Shown piece by piece: positions 41,955 to 53,290 of a stretch of 64,000 bases of DNA (its first letter is position 1; each line of letters begins with the position of its first letter). The translations under genes were made by a program, and so were the position numbers. The notes beneath the pieces were generated by a model, which made no database searches, was not told the origin of the DNA, and saw only the letters and a program-made list of their open reading frames with translations. Source of the DNA: Lama guanicoe (Eukaryota). The stretch covers positions 3,524,677 through 3,588,676 of the forward strand of contig MU054117.1 in assembly GCA_013239625.1 (NCBI GenBank). Reading direction: 5' to 3'.

Positions 41955-44080
41955 TGGTTCAAGATGGCCATACAGGAGGAACTCGCCTCCCATGGGCACA
42001 CTGAGGCTACAGCTGCACATGGAACAGTTTCCTCTTAAAAAAACCTAAAGGCTAGCTGAGTGACAAACCACACCGGGCAAACGAGAAAGCCACATTGAGG
42101 CAGGCAGGGGAGGCGGGGGCACATTCTCACCATAAACCCCATCCCCGGTACACATCTCACAGCTGGGGGGCAGGGGCTGGGGCTCGGAACCAGAGCTTCT
42201 CCCTGAGGAGCGAGGGGTTCAGACCCCATGTCAGGCATCCTGGCATGTGGGACGCACATGGGAGAAATAAGCCCCCAAACATCTGGCTTTGAAAACGAAC
42301 GGGGCTTGTGTCCTGAGATCTACAAGACTAGCTACCTGAGCAGCAGCTCTTCAAAGGCTCCTGCACTTGCCTGTCCCTGGCTCAATCGTGCCCAGACTTA
42401 GAGTGAAGGAGGCTCGCCTTCTTACATTGAAGCGTTGGCTGGAGGGGCCAGCATCTAATCGAACGTCACATCTGGGAGACTGCTGGGACGCTCTCTGCGA
42501 TGCAGACTGATGGGCAGCATCTTCCGCTCTCCTTCTGCTGTGCTCTGAGTGCAGCGTCTCCAGGAGGGAGCTTTTGTGCATGTGCAGTGCCCCAGTTTTT
42601 GCGGCCACTGCCCGGAGACTCCTCCACATTGCCTGGCTCTGGTGACCCGTGGGGCTTACGCTTGTGATCCCACATGACTGTGTGTATTTGCATATGTTTA
42701 AAAGCTGATGCCTAGGGGTTGGGTTTCCAATCAGCCTGTATCTAGGTGCTAAGATCCTTCCCTTTGGGACACTGACAGGTCTTGGCACACCTTCAACTAC
42801 CAGGAGGTATTAAAAATATAATAAGCTGCTTGGAAAAGCACAGAGATGTAAAAGACAGCCAACTGAGGCAGGGCTGAATGAAAAGTTTCATCTCTTACGT
42901 GAGGTCACTCCTTTAAGACTGTGAGCGGTGTTGGTTCCATCTGCTTTACAGAAACCAACACAGAATCAAGTAAAGTGAAGAAATGAAGGACTACGTTTCA
43001 AATGAAAGAACAAGATAAAACCTCAGGAAAAAAAGTCCTTACTGAAATGGAGATAAGTAACTCATCCAAGTGATGGTCATCAATATTCTCAGTGAGCTGG
43101 GGAGAAGAATGGGTGAACATGGTGACAATTTCAACAAAAAGATGGGAAATACAAGAAAGTATCAAATGAAAGAGAGTTGAAGAATTAAGAAACTGAACCA
43201 GAAAATACACTAAAGAGGTTCAAAAGCAGACTAGATGAAGCAGAAGAAAGGATTGGTGAACTCGAAGACAAGGCAGTGGAACTCAACCAACAGAGCAGCG
43301 AAAAGGAAAAACAGTGAAAACAGCTTAAGGGACGTACGGGACAATGTCAGATGGAAACCGAAAGCAAGCTGGGGCATCTATACTTACACTGGGCAAAACA
43401 CGTTTTAAAACAAAGATGGTAACAAGGGGCAGAGGAGGGCATTACGTAATGACAAAGGGGTCAGTCCAACAAGAAGGTAATACAACATTCGGGAATATTT
43501 ATGCACCCAACATAGAAGCACCTAAATATATAAAGCAAGTATTTTCAGATCTAAAGGGAAAAATAGCAGTACGATAATAGCAGGGGATTTTACTACCTCA
43601 CTTACATCAGTTCATAAAATAAGTAAAAGAAGACGTCATAAGTGATACCACAGAAATACAGAGGTTTGTAAAAGGCTACTATGAAAAATTATATGCTGAC
43701 AAACTGAGCAGCCTAGGAGAAATGCATACATTTCTTGTTTATAGATATATAATGTATATAATAATATACATAATGTATATATAACACGTAATGGAGTATC
43801 ATTTAGCCATAGAAGAGAATAGAATGTTGCCGTTTGCAGTAACATGGACAGACCTCAAGGGCATTACGCTTAGTGAGATAAGTCAGACAAAGACAAATAC
43901 TCCCTTACATGTAGAATCCATACACATGCGATGTAAGTAAGTGCATGTATATAAATATATAAATACACATAAAACTAAGGTGCAGACTGGTGTTTGCCAG
44001 AGGCAGGGGGTTGGGTGTGGGTGGGAGAAATGGGTGAACTGTTTCTGTTTTATTTTAGTTTAAATAAACTGAATAATAAC
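41955..44080 (+). mobile_element. Internally deleted LINE-1: 5'UTR, ORF1 piece, ORF2 pieces and 3' end
   Basis: ggttcaagatggcc start; ORF1-like LDEAEERIGELEDKAVEL (~43230-43285); endonuclease-like GHYVMTKGSVQQE…NIYAPNIEAPKYIKQ (43344-43577); L1 3'UTR from ~43780. Confidence 0.85.
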
Positions 44081-45549
44081 AAAAGGACACACAGCCAGAG
44101 AGAGAGTTTAATTAAACCCGTGAGGCAGCAGATGGAAAAACCAAGCTAAATGAGCTCCCGTGGGGGGGGCTCCGGGCTCAGGGCTCCTCTCACCTCAAGG
44201 CTGGCTGTTCCCTTTCACTGGCTTGTGACGCGGTGTTTTTCTTTGAAGAGCTCGTGTCCCCACGGAAGGTACACCCCGTTCCCTCTCTTTCAGATGCTCA
44301 CTCTCCTGACTCCTACTAGGGGCCAGAGAAGAGAAAAAGGAGACTGTGTGGATCCCTTTCTGTTGGGTCTTGCGCGTGGCCGGGAGCCGTCCGGGTGGCG
44401 CACACCGAGTCGTGCCGCTTTGCGGTTCTTGTGGCTTCCACCCATCTCGCCCTCCCTCCCCACCTGCAGTTCTAACTGTCATTCCTACTTATCTGACATT
44501 TCGTTGAACCAACTTGACTGGTGCAGAAAGGGAGGCAGGGCCACCGGGAGTCTGGGCAGGGCGGGCGGGGCGGGAAGGGGTGGAGAAGGCTCCCGCGCCT
44601 GCCTCAGGCTCAGAAGGCTTCCCGGTGGAGGTGGGGTGGGAGCAGGTGACTGAGGACAGGTGGCCCTTCCTGCTCCACGCCTGACCCTGTCCCAGGGGAG
44701 TGGCCACAAGTGAACAGAGATGTGGAACCGGGGGCAAAGAGAGTCCAAAATGAATCTGCCTGGACAGAAGGAAAGGCAGGGAGATGGGGCAAGTCTTGAG
44801 GGAGAGACAGCGTGGGCCTGCAGCCAGCAGAAGTGTCCTCGTGCTGCTGTCTCCCTCAGGAAGGCAGAGAGAAACAAGCGAATGAATAATACTCGGGTTT
44901 TACTTTTCACGGTAAGAATTTCGAAAACACATAAAGGCAAAAACAAAGAACAAAGCAGGCGTCATCTTACCACTTTGAGGAAATAGTGATAAATTTCTTC
45001 TTATTTCCTTCTCGTCCTTTTTTCTTTGTGTCCGAATACATTTATCTTTTCAATGAAATTAAGACAACACTTTATAAACATTGAGTTGTAGCTCAATTTT
45101 TAAAATGTAGTATATTACAACAAATGCAGCATTTTCACTAGTTCATTATTTCTGGGTATAGAAATGCTGTCTGCTGGGCGGCGGAGGTTTCCAGCGCAGG
45201 CTTAGAAGGCGGCTCTGCGGAACGACGGTGTGGGAGAGTCCTTTTCAGGTGCAGGGTGTGGGTGGAGCCGGGCACTCTGGGCAGGGGCTACTGCTCGAGA
45301 AGGAAGAAAGCAGATGGAGGCATGTTTTAAAAAAAAAAGAAAAAGTTCTGTTCTCCCAGGTGCGGTGGGAGGGAGCCCAGGGGCTGGGGCTGTTCCGCAG
45401 TGATGACGTCAGCGCCTCCAGCTGAGGGCAGAGGGAAGGACCCCACCTCGGAGGACACGCTCTCTAGTTGACATTTACTGAGCACCTACTATGCGCTGGG
45501 TATCTTTCAAATCAGATCGTTCTCACACTGCATCACTGCGTCACCGCGT

Positions 45550-45745
45550 CACCGGCCCCTCTGCCATCTTTAAAGGACCCTCGTGGTGACGCTGGGCCCC
45601 TCGGGGTACTCCGGGAGCATCTATCTTAAGGTCAGTTGATCAGCAGCCTTATCTCCATTTTGCCATGTGATCACATCATAGTGACAGGTTCCAGGGATCA
45701 GGATGTGGACACCTTTGCAGGGGCCAGTATTCTGCCAACTACGGT
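45550..45745 (-). mobile_element. MLT1 (MaLR) LTR fragment
   Basis: taaaggaccctcgtggtgac…tcttaaggtcagttgat…caggttccagggatcaggatgtggacac…tattctgccaactac. Confidence 0.75.
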
Positions 45746-46761
45746 GCCAGGTGGCTTTGCTTCAGGACCCTGCTCGCTCAGCCATGCACGCCGACACTCA
45801 GCCAGCCCTGCAGGGCTCTTACCATGTTCCACGTGCCCCGCAGGGCGCTGGGAGGTCAGGGGTGCACAACACGTGGTCTGCTAGGAGGCGAGCATGAGCA
45901 ACTGCACGCTGACCCGGCAAGCCCTGTAACGTGGGTGGGCAAAGGGGGCTGTGGGGCACAGAGCAGGGGCGCCGTCCCAGCCTGGAGAGAGAAGGGGGGC
46001 GCCGGGCCTGAGCTTCCTAGGCCTGGGACTGAGGATGGGGGCCACGTGGAGGGAACAGCTTGTGGGCGTTCAGATGGTCTACACTGCTGGAGCCTAAGGA
46101 GCTTCCTGACGCTTGTCCTGTGCTGCCCTTCAGGAAGGGGATCGAGGTGCGTAGGTAAAGGTGGGCGCATCACCGTGGACCTTGTGTGCAGTTAAGTTGC
46201 TGGACTTCCTGCTGTAGCCATTAGTAAGTGACTGAAGAATTTTAAACAGAGGAGCCGTGGTGGGCTGACGTGCTGGCCGGGCACATTGACTTTCCAGAGT
46301 CTTCCTTGCGTACTTAGGGCTTCCTGCCTTGCAGGGGCCACACATGGTGTACCTCCCTGGGCTGACCCTGGCGCCTGCAGTTGGCTAAGGTTGTTTTGAG
46401 GTCCTCAGTGGTGACTGCAAAATTTCTTCCCACATTACACCCAGGACGGGGCCCTGATTACCTCCCTGCTCTCAGTCTCTGTCTCCCCAGAGCCATGTTC
46501 ATAAGTCTTAATTAGGGCAGCATCAATGAACTGTAAATGCACTTGTACGAAATGATCACTCGTCTCAGCTGGTTTCTTGCTTCTTTGAAGGTGGTGGCAG
46601 AAGCGATGGGGACGGAGCAGCCGTGGCCCAGTAGCACAAGCACCAGGCTTAGTCAGAGAACCTGCCTGTGAATCCCAGCTCTGCCACTGAGCAGCATTGA
46701 CCTTGAGGAAGTCACATAAATTCAGTCACAGTTCAGTCCCGTTATCCACAGAACAGGGGAT

Positions 46762-47196
46762 GTGTCAGCCAGGATAGGCCAAGTGCTGCGACCAACTTTT
46801 AGTAGTGTCACCCTATAAAAGTTCATGTCTCATTCACTCAGCAGCAATGTGGGGGTTCCTGGTCAGGAGGCTCTTCTGCATGGGCTGCCCCCCAAAGTAT
46901 GATTCAGGGATGCAGGACCCCTCCCCAGTAAAGCTCCCTCAACCCCCTCACACTGCAGTCCTCGGACTCCTCCCTATTTGGCCTATTTGGGGAAAGGAGA
47001 GAGAGTGTTGAGGTTTGGGTCGTTTTATGGGCCCTGCCAGGAAGTGGCCCACACCCCTTTTGCCCACTTTCCATGGGGCGGAGCCCGGTCACGTGGCTGC
47101 ACCCACTTAATCACAAGGGAAGCTGGGAAATGTCGTCCAGCCGTGTGCCCAGGACAGAAAGGAAACGGTTTACCGCCCACCTGGTCAGTCCTGCCA
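46762..47196 (-). mobile_element. Old MLT1 (MaLR) solo LTR
   Basis: gtcagccaggataggc…gaagtggcccacaccccttttgcccactttccat…aagggaagctgggaaatgtcgtc. Confidence 0.7.
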
Positions 47197-50066
47197 AGTG
47201 TCCGACTGTGAGGACACAGTTGTTCCTAGAGGTGAATCACGTAAGTAGTTGCTGGCGCCGAGAGCAGCGCCTCGTACCCGCGAGGGCTGAGTGTGGGGTT
47301 TTGTGCCCGGGAAAGGGTGTCTTGGAGAATGACAAACACTCAGGAAGGAAACGTAGATTGTGGGTTGTGAGAGCCGCCCTCCTTCGTGGGTTCTTTAGAG
47401 CGTGTCAGGAAACAAGATGCAGCAAGAAGCCGTCCATTAGTAGCAGTGAAAAGTACTTCAGAAGAAAAGAGTCCATTAGCTCCTCCACCCTCAGGACAGA
47501 GCTCGGGCTGCCGGGGCGTTGCTTCCTGCCGCCGACAGCGTCAGAGGCCCCAGCCTTCCTCCTGGTCCCTGGCCGCTGCTTTCGCAGCCACTTGCCCCCC
47601 TACCACCCCCCCATCCCCAGCTCACACCCCCCCATTCCCCTCCTGGGCGGGTGTCACGGAGCCGACTCAGGAGTGGTAAGGGGGGAAGGGGCAGATTAAG
47701 TCAGACAAGATAATTTGCAGGAGTGAATAAGGCAACAAGGGTCCTCAGAGGAGAGTGAAATGGAGCTGGCTCAGGAGAGAGGGCCAGACCCCTCCCGAGG
47801 CTTGTGCGAGGGGCTGTGCGAGTCGCCGGAGCAGAGCGCAGGGGGCGCGCCCACGGAAACGTCTCGTGATGAAGGAGGACTTTGTTTGCTGCGAGCCCCC
47901 CGTGAGGGCCCTGAGGCCTCCCCGCGCTTCCCCAGGTCCCCGTCCCGCTCTCCCCTCACCTCATCACGGGACCTTAACCAGGGGTGGAGGGCCGCCCTCT
48001 CCCTTCCTGCCTGTTTCAGGGCTTCCTGCGTGTTTTATTAGAACAAGTATTTATTTTTTTAAGACATAAGAAGGTTATTTCCTCTCCCTTTCACCAGTTC
48101 AAACCCTACGTTGGAAAAGCCAGCAGGAAGAGACCACTAGGCGAGTGTGCTGCTTTTAGAGCCGTCCCGGGGGACAGGTCCGTCTCCATTAAGCGTCCAG
48201 TTGTTGAGAGCTGCAGGAGGCTCGCTAATGAACTTGGATCCGAAGGCTGGGGGCTGGCTGCGAGCGGGCTCTCGTGGTGGCTTGGGAAGCAAGTCCTTCT
48301 CTGAAGATGTCCAAGGGTCGTCCAAAGAGAGCCGCGGAGCCCTGTGTGTGAGGGCTGGGGGGCAGGCTGCAGAGACTGATGGATGGGGGTCATTTGAAAG
48401 AAAGGACATGATGGATTAAAGCGAAATAATGATTACAGCTCGGGATGCGAAGCGTTGATCCAGCCACGAGCTATTCCGGGGAGGGAGGGCTGTAGGCTGC
48501 TTCTGCTCCAGAGCAAGGATGTGGACGTGAAGAGGGGCCTAGTCTGGGGGTGAGAAGGGAGGCAGGTGGTCAGGGCCTGACCCGGGAGCTGGAGGAGAGC
48601 TGGAGGAGAAAGAATTGGAGAAGGGGCCTGGCGGTGAGTGCAGAGAGCCCGGGACTCGGGGTCTGGCCCTAGACCCCCAGGGTCCCCGTTTCAGGGAGAA
48701 CGGACGAGGACTGATGCAGAGCAGACGGGCAGAGACGCCGTGGGGAGAAGAGCTCTGTCTGCCCTTCCCTTTGACTATTTCGCTTTTCCTTGTGGTCAGT
48801 CTTCTCGGAAGGGGGTGGCTGTGTGTGTTGTTAAAAACCTGGGTTTGAATTCCATCTCCACCATTTTTCACCTGGGTGAACTTGGAGAAGTCCGTTAACC
48901 TCTCTGAGCTTCAGAGAATGGTGAGGATTAAAAGAAGAATGTGTGTAAACCCCCCACGGCGTCCAGTTCATAGCAACCATTTGTCAAAGTTAACTGATGC
49001 TGTGAAAAATGCTTAGTTTGATCAAGCAGATGACTGGAAATTCGGGGAGGCATCCCAGATGGTGTGAGAGAGCTGTCCTCCTGCAAACTCAGACCTGAAG
49101 AACTTTTTTATGAGATTTTTCTCCTCTTGGAGTCTGAAAGACCTGGGGCCATAGTCAGAGTGCCACCACTGATTAGCTGTGGGACCTGCAGGCAGCTGGA
49201 GGAAGGCTTTCAAGAGCAGGTCTCGTGCTAGAAATGGGGACGATACTGAGTCACTGGTCGGCTGCAGGCGTTTCCGTGGGACCCCTTCAGGCAAACTCAG
49301 GCGCCCCTTGTGAGAGGCAAGAGTCGAGGCAGACGACTGGGGATCACAAGGTGGGTAGTCCCCGAAGTGGCAGCGAGGATGATGAGGCACTGAGAGGAGG
49401 AAGTGGGGAGAGGGGCAGAGAACATGCTAGAGAGCTCTCAGACAGCAGACGGAGGCGATGACCGTGAGGCTGGTTGGTGGACCAGGCCTATAACCAGGAA
49501 GAACCAGACTCCAGGAATGAGCGTGGAAGTAGGACTCTCATGAGAGGCTCGTTTGTCCTAGGAATTTTGAGCTACACGGGCTGAAGGCTGCAGGGGCTGA
49601 AAGTGTAAAATAATGATAACGATAATAGCCTTTATTGAGTTAGTTATTATTTATTGATTTGACAAATCTTGAGTGCCCACTATGCACCAGGCAGTGTTTA
49701 GGTGCTGGGGGTGGATGCATCTGTGAACAAAATCAGAGGAGAATTCCTGCCCTCGTGGAGCTGACGGCCTAAGCAGGAAAACAGATACAATGTAAAATAT
49801 ATATATATATATGCCTGCTGGGGCAACTGCATACCCACACATCACAGCCTGTATGAAAATTGATTAAAAACGGATCAAAGGCCTAGGTGTCAGAGCCAGA
49901 ACTACAGAACTTCTAGAAGAAAAGCGGGTCTTTGGGACTGTGGACTTGGCAGTGGATTCGTGTAACATCGAAAGCACAAGTAACAGAAGAAAGTAGATTA
50001 GTTTGACTTTGTCAAGTAAAAATCTTCCATGGTTCAAATGATATGATCAAGAAAGTGAAAAGACAG

Positions 50067-50472
50067 AGAAAGACAAATATCACGTGATATCACTTATGTG
50101 TGGAATCTAAAAAGTAGATAAAAATTCTATTTACAAACCCCAGATTCATGGGCATAGAAAAAATAACCATGGTTACCAAAGGGGAAGGGGTGGGGATAAA
50201 TTAGGGGCTGAGGAGTAGCAGATGCACATTACTGTATATAAAAGAGATAAACAACAAAGACGTCCTGTCGAGCACAGGGAACTATATTCAGTTTCTTGTA
50301 ATAATATACAATGGAAAGAGTCTGAAAAGAAAAAAAAATATATATGTGTGTATAGGTATAACTGAATCACCTTCTGTACACCTGAAACTAACTTTGTAAA
50401 TCAGCTACACTTCAATAAAAATTAAAAAAAAAAATAAATAGAATAAAGCCTAATTTTATGCACACACACAAC
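50067..50472 (+). mobile_element. Younger 5'-truncated L1 3' end nested in the older L1
   Basis: 3'UTR similar to 7660-8020; perfect 16-bp TSD GAAAGTGAAAAGACAG at 50051-50066 and 50473-50488. Confidence 0.9.
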
Positions 50473-51247
50473 GAAAGTGAAAAGACAGCCCATGATTATT
50501 TTTCAGAGCAGTGTTAGGCTTACAGAAAAAAGACTATTCATTGAAAAAATACTCACAGAATGGGAGAAACGATTGCTAATCAGGGACCTGATTGGGGACT
50601 TGTGTCTAGAATATATAATGAAGTCTTTAAAAATAGGCAAAGGATCTGAATAGAAGATGATATGCAAATGGCCAATAAGCACATGAAAAGATACTCAACA
50701 TTGTTAACCATCAGGGACTTGCAAATCAAAACCACAGTGAGATACCACTTCACACTTCCCGGGATGGCTACAATTAAAGCAACCAAAGCAAAAATAAAAA
50801 AAAAAAAATCCCAGAAAATACCAGTTGCTGGTGAGGCTACAGAGAAACCGGAACCCTCATCTATTGCTGGTGGGAGTGTAAAATGGTGCAGGCACTTGGG
50901 AAAACAGTCTGGCGGTTCCTCCGAAAGCTAAATGTAGCATTACCACATGAGCCAGCAATTCCCCTCCTAGATCGAGACCCGAAAAGAAATGAGAACATGT
51001 TCACAAAAACCTTGTACAGAAATGCTCACGGCAGTATTGTTCATAAAAGCCAAAGGCAGTGGTGACGACACAATTTTCCATCAACAGATAAACGAAATGT
51101 GGTATGTCCTTGTGACAGAAGGCTATTTGGCCACCAGAAGGAATGACGTCCTGACACATGCCACAGCACAGATGAACTTTGAACGTATGATGCTAAGTCA
51201 AGGAAACCAGTCCACAGAAGACCACATATTACGTGATTCCATTTATG

Positions 51248-51721
51248 TGTGAACGAAAATACTGCAACCACATCAGTAAACAAAGAATGCTGAAACCAAG
51301 TCATCAGCGGCTGCCGCCACCCCCCAGCGAGGACAGGCCTGCAGCCCAGCCTCTGCAGCCACTCACAGTGGTGCCCTCTGAGCGGACTCAGAATAAGAAA
51401 GGACAGGACACTGGTCCTAGATAGCTGGGTGCTTGTCAGAGGAATGAATTCAGCGAGCCCGAATGTTTGCTTCCTCCCATACATAGAAAAGCACTACATT
51501 CTTTAACTTGAGATACCTGGCTTTCTTTAGATAACAAGTAATCTTTTATTGTTCCCACTACCTGGCCTTTGTTGCAAAGCTCCTCTGTATCCTAGCTCCT
51601 CCCCTGCCTCTTCAGAGCAGTCCCTCAGAGCCATCTGAGGGGCTGTCATCCCGGCTCAAGTCCTCCCGCCAAATAAAACAGAACTCCTAACTTTCAGGCT
51701 GCACATTTATTTCAGTTGACA
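51248..51721 (+). mobile_element. ERV1-type solo LTR (474 bp)
   Basis: TG…CA termini with imperfect inverted repeat (TGTGAACGAAAAT / ATTTCAGTTGACA); AATAAA ~51672; 4-bp TSD TATG/CATG; interrupts the L1 3'UTR. Confidence 0.85.
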
Positions 51722-53094
51722 CATGCGAAGTGTCCGGAATAAGTGTATCAAAGAGACAGTAAGTAGGTCAGCAGTTGCTTAGGGCTGGTGGGAGATGGAG
51801 GGGGCTCTGGAGGAGGCTTTGCAGGTGATGAAAATGTTCTAAAATAGATTGTGGTGGCGGTTGCCCAACTCTGCATATAGTAAAACCACTGCACGGTACA
51901 CTTTAAATGGGTGAATCGTATGGCATGTGAATTACATCTCAATAAAGTGTTACAAAAAACCGAATGCACGTAATGTCCGGCAGCGTGAGTCCTGTGAAGA
52001 ATCAGGCAGCAGCAGCACGGCGAGGTGGGGCGTGCGGCTCAGAGAGCGCGGCCGGGGCCCCGCAGAGACGGCACCGCAGTGGAGACGAGAGGGAAGTGAG
52101 AGCAAGCTCTGCTGATACGCGGGAAGAAGGTTCCAGGCTGAAGAGCGCATCCGGGTGTGTCTGGGGACTTCTAGAAGGCCGCGTGGCTGAGGCGGGGGAA
52201 GGGGGAAGGGGTCTGTTAGGAACTGAGGCCGCAGAGGCAGGCGCACCAGCCCCTGCCGGATAACACGGGGTCTTAGGACCGAGGCTGAGGTCAGTGTGAT
52301 GCAAGGCCGTTGGAGTCTTAGAAACAAGCAAATGACATGCACAGATTCACATTTTTAAGACTCGGAATGTGGATGGGTAGTCTGCAGGATGGTTGGGGTG
52401 AGTGGAATGTGGGCAAACCAGCTCTCTGGAAAGGAAAACAAAAGGCCCTGGTTTGTGAAGGTTGCCAGTTTCCGCGGTGTAAATGCCCCCGCTGCCACGG
52501 CCCCTGCGGGCGGCAGGCTGGCGGAATCCCTGAGAACTCAGCAGTCGGCCCCCGAGGGCCCCTGTGGGCTCCAGCACGTGGCAGGAGACCAGCGGGGAGG
52601 CTTCAGAGCAGTGAACTGGTGAGAAAAAGGATTCCAGCTGGGGGTGAATTTTTAAAGCTTCCTCGTATCGTGAACAAGGGTAGGTGACCTTCTTGTCCGA
52701 TCTCACCGAGTCCTCACGCGAGCGCAGGGCCGCCTTTAGCCCCCGGAGCAGACGCGCCTTCCCCTGGAGGCGAGCCGCCAGCCGGGTGCAGGGCGGCGGC
52801 GTGGAAGGCGGGGCAAGCCTTGTAGCCGCAGCCCTGTCACCCCGCTGATCGCTGATCGAGGTCACTAGGACTCCCTCCTCACAGACGAGAACTCGGCAGC
52901 CCACGTTAGTTGAGGAACCTGCCTGAAGTGAGGGGAGATGGGATTTAAACCCAACATACAGCCTCGCACCCAGGCTGTCAGGTACCCAGATTGCGAGGAC
53001 AAGGAGTGGGAAGGAAGAGTGAGAACCGGGGAACCTAGGGCTGTTGCCTTTTATGGCAAAATTTTATCCCTGGAGTTGTGGCAACTCAGGGTAG

Positions 53095-53290
53095 AGAGAG
53101 ATAATTATTAAGTTTCTACTGCATGAAAAGTATCCCAAATATCTTCACATTAATCTGGGAAGAAGAGATATTTTGGCTTCATTTTTTAAGATGAGAACGT
53201 TGAAGCTCAGAGAGGTTAGGGAGTGCGCCCAGGGTCACACAGCCTGTGAGTGGTATCAGGGTTGGAGGCCTGTGCTGCTTCTGTATAATC
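53095..53290 (-). mobile_element. MIR SINE
   Basis: tttttaagatgagaacgttgaagctcagagaggttagggagtgcgcccagggtcacacagc. Confidence 0.7.

Larger units (their letters stand above)
49810..51960 (+). mobile_element. L1MB-type ORF2 end and 3'UTR hosting two nested insertions
   Basis: MQMANKHMKRYSTLLTIRDLQIKTTVRYHFT (50662); 3' end ggtgatgaaaatgttctaaaatagattgtggtg…tgtgaattacatctcaataaa. Confidence 0.9.
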
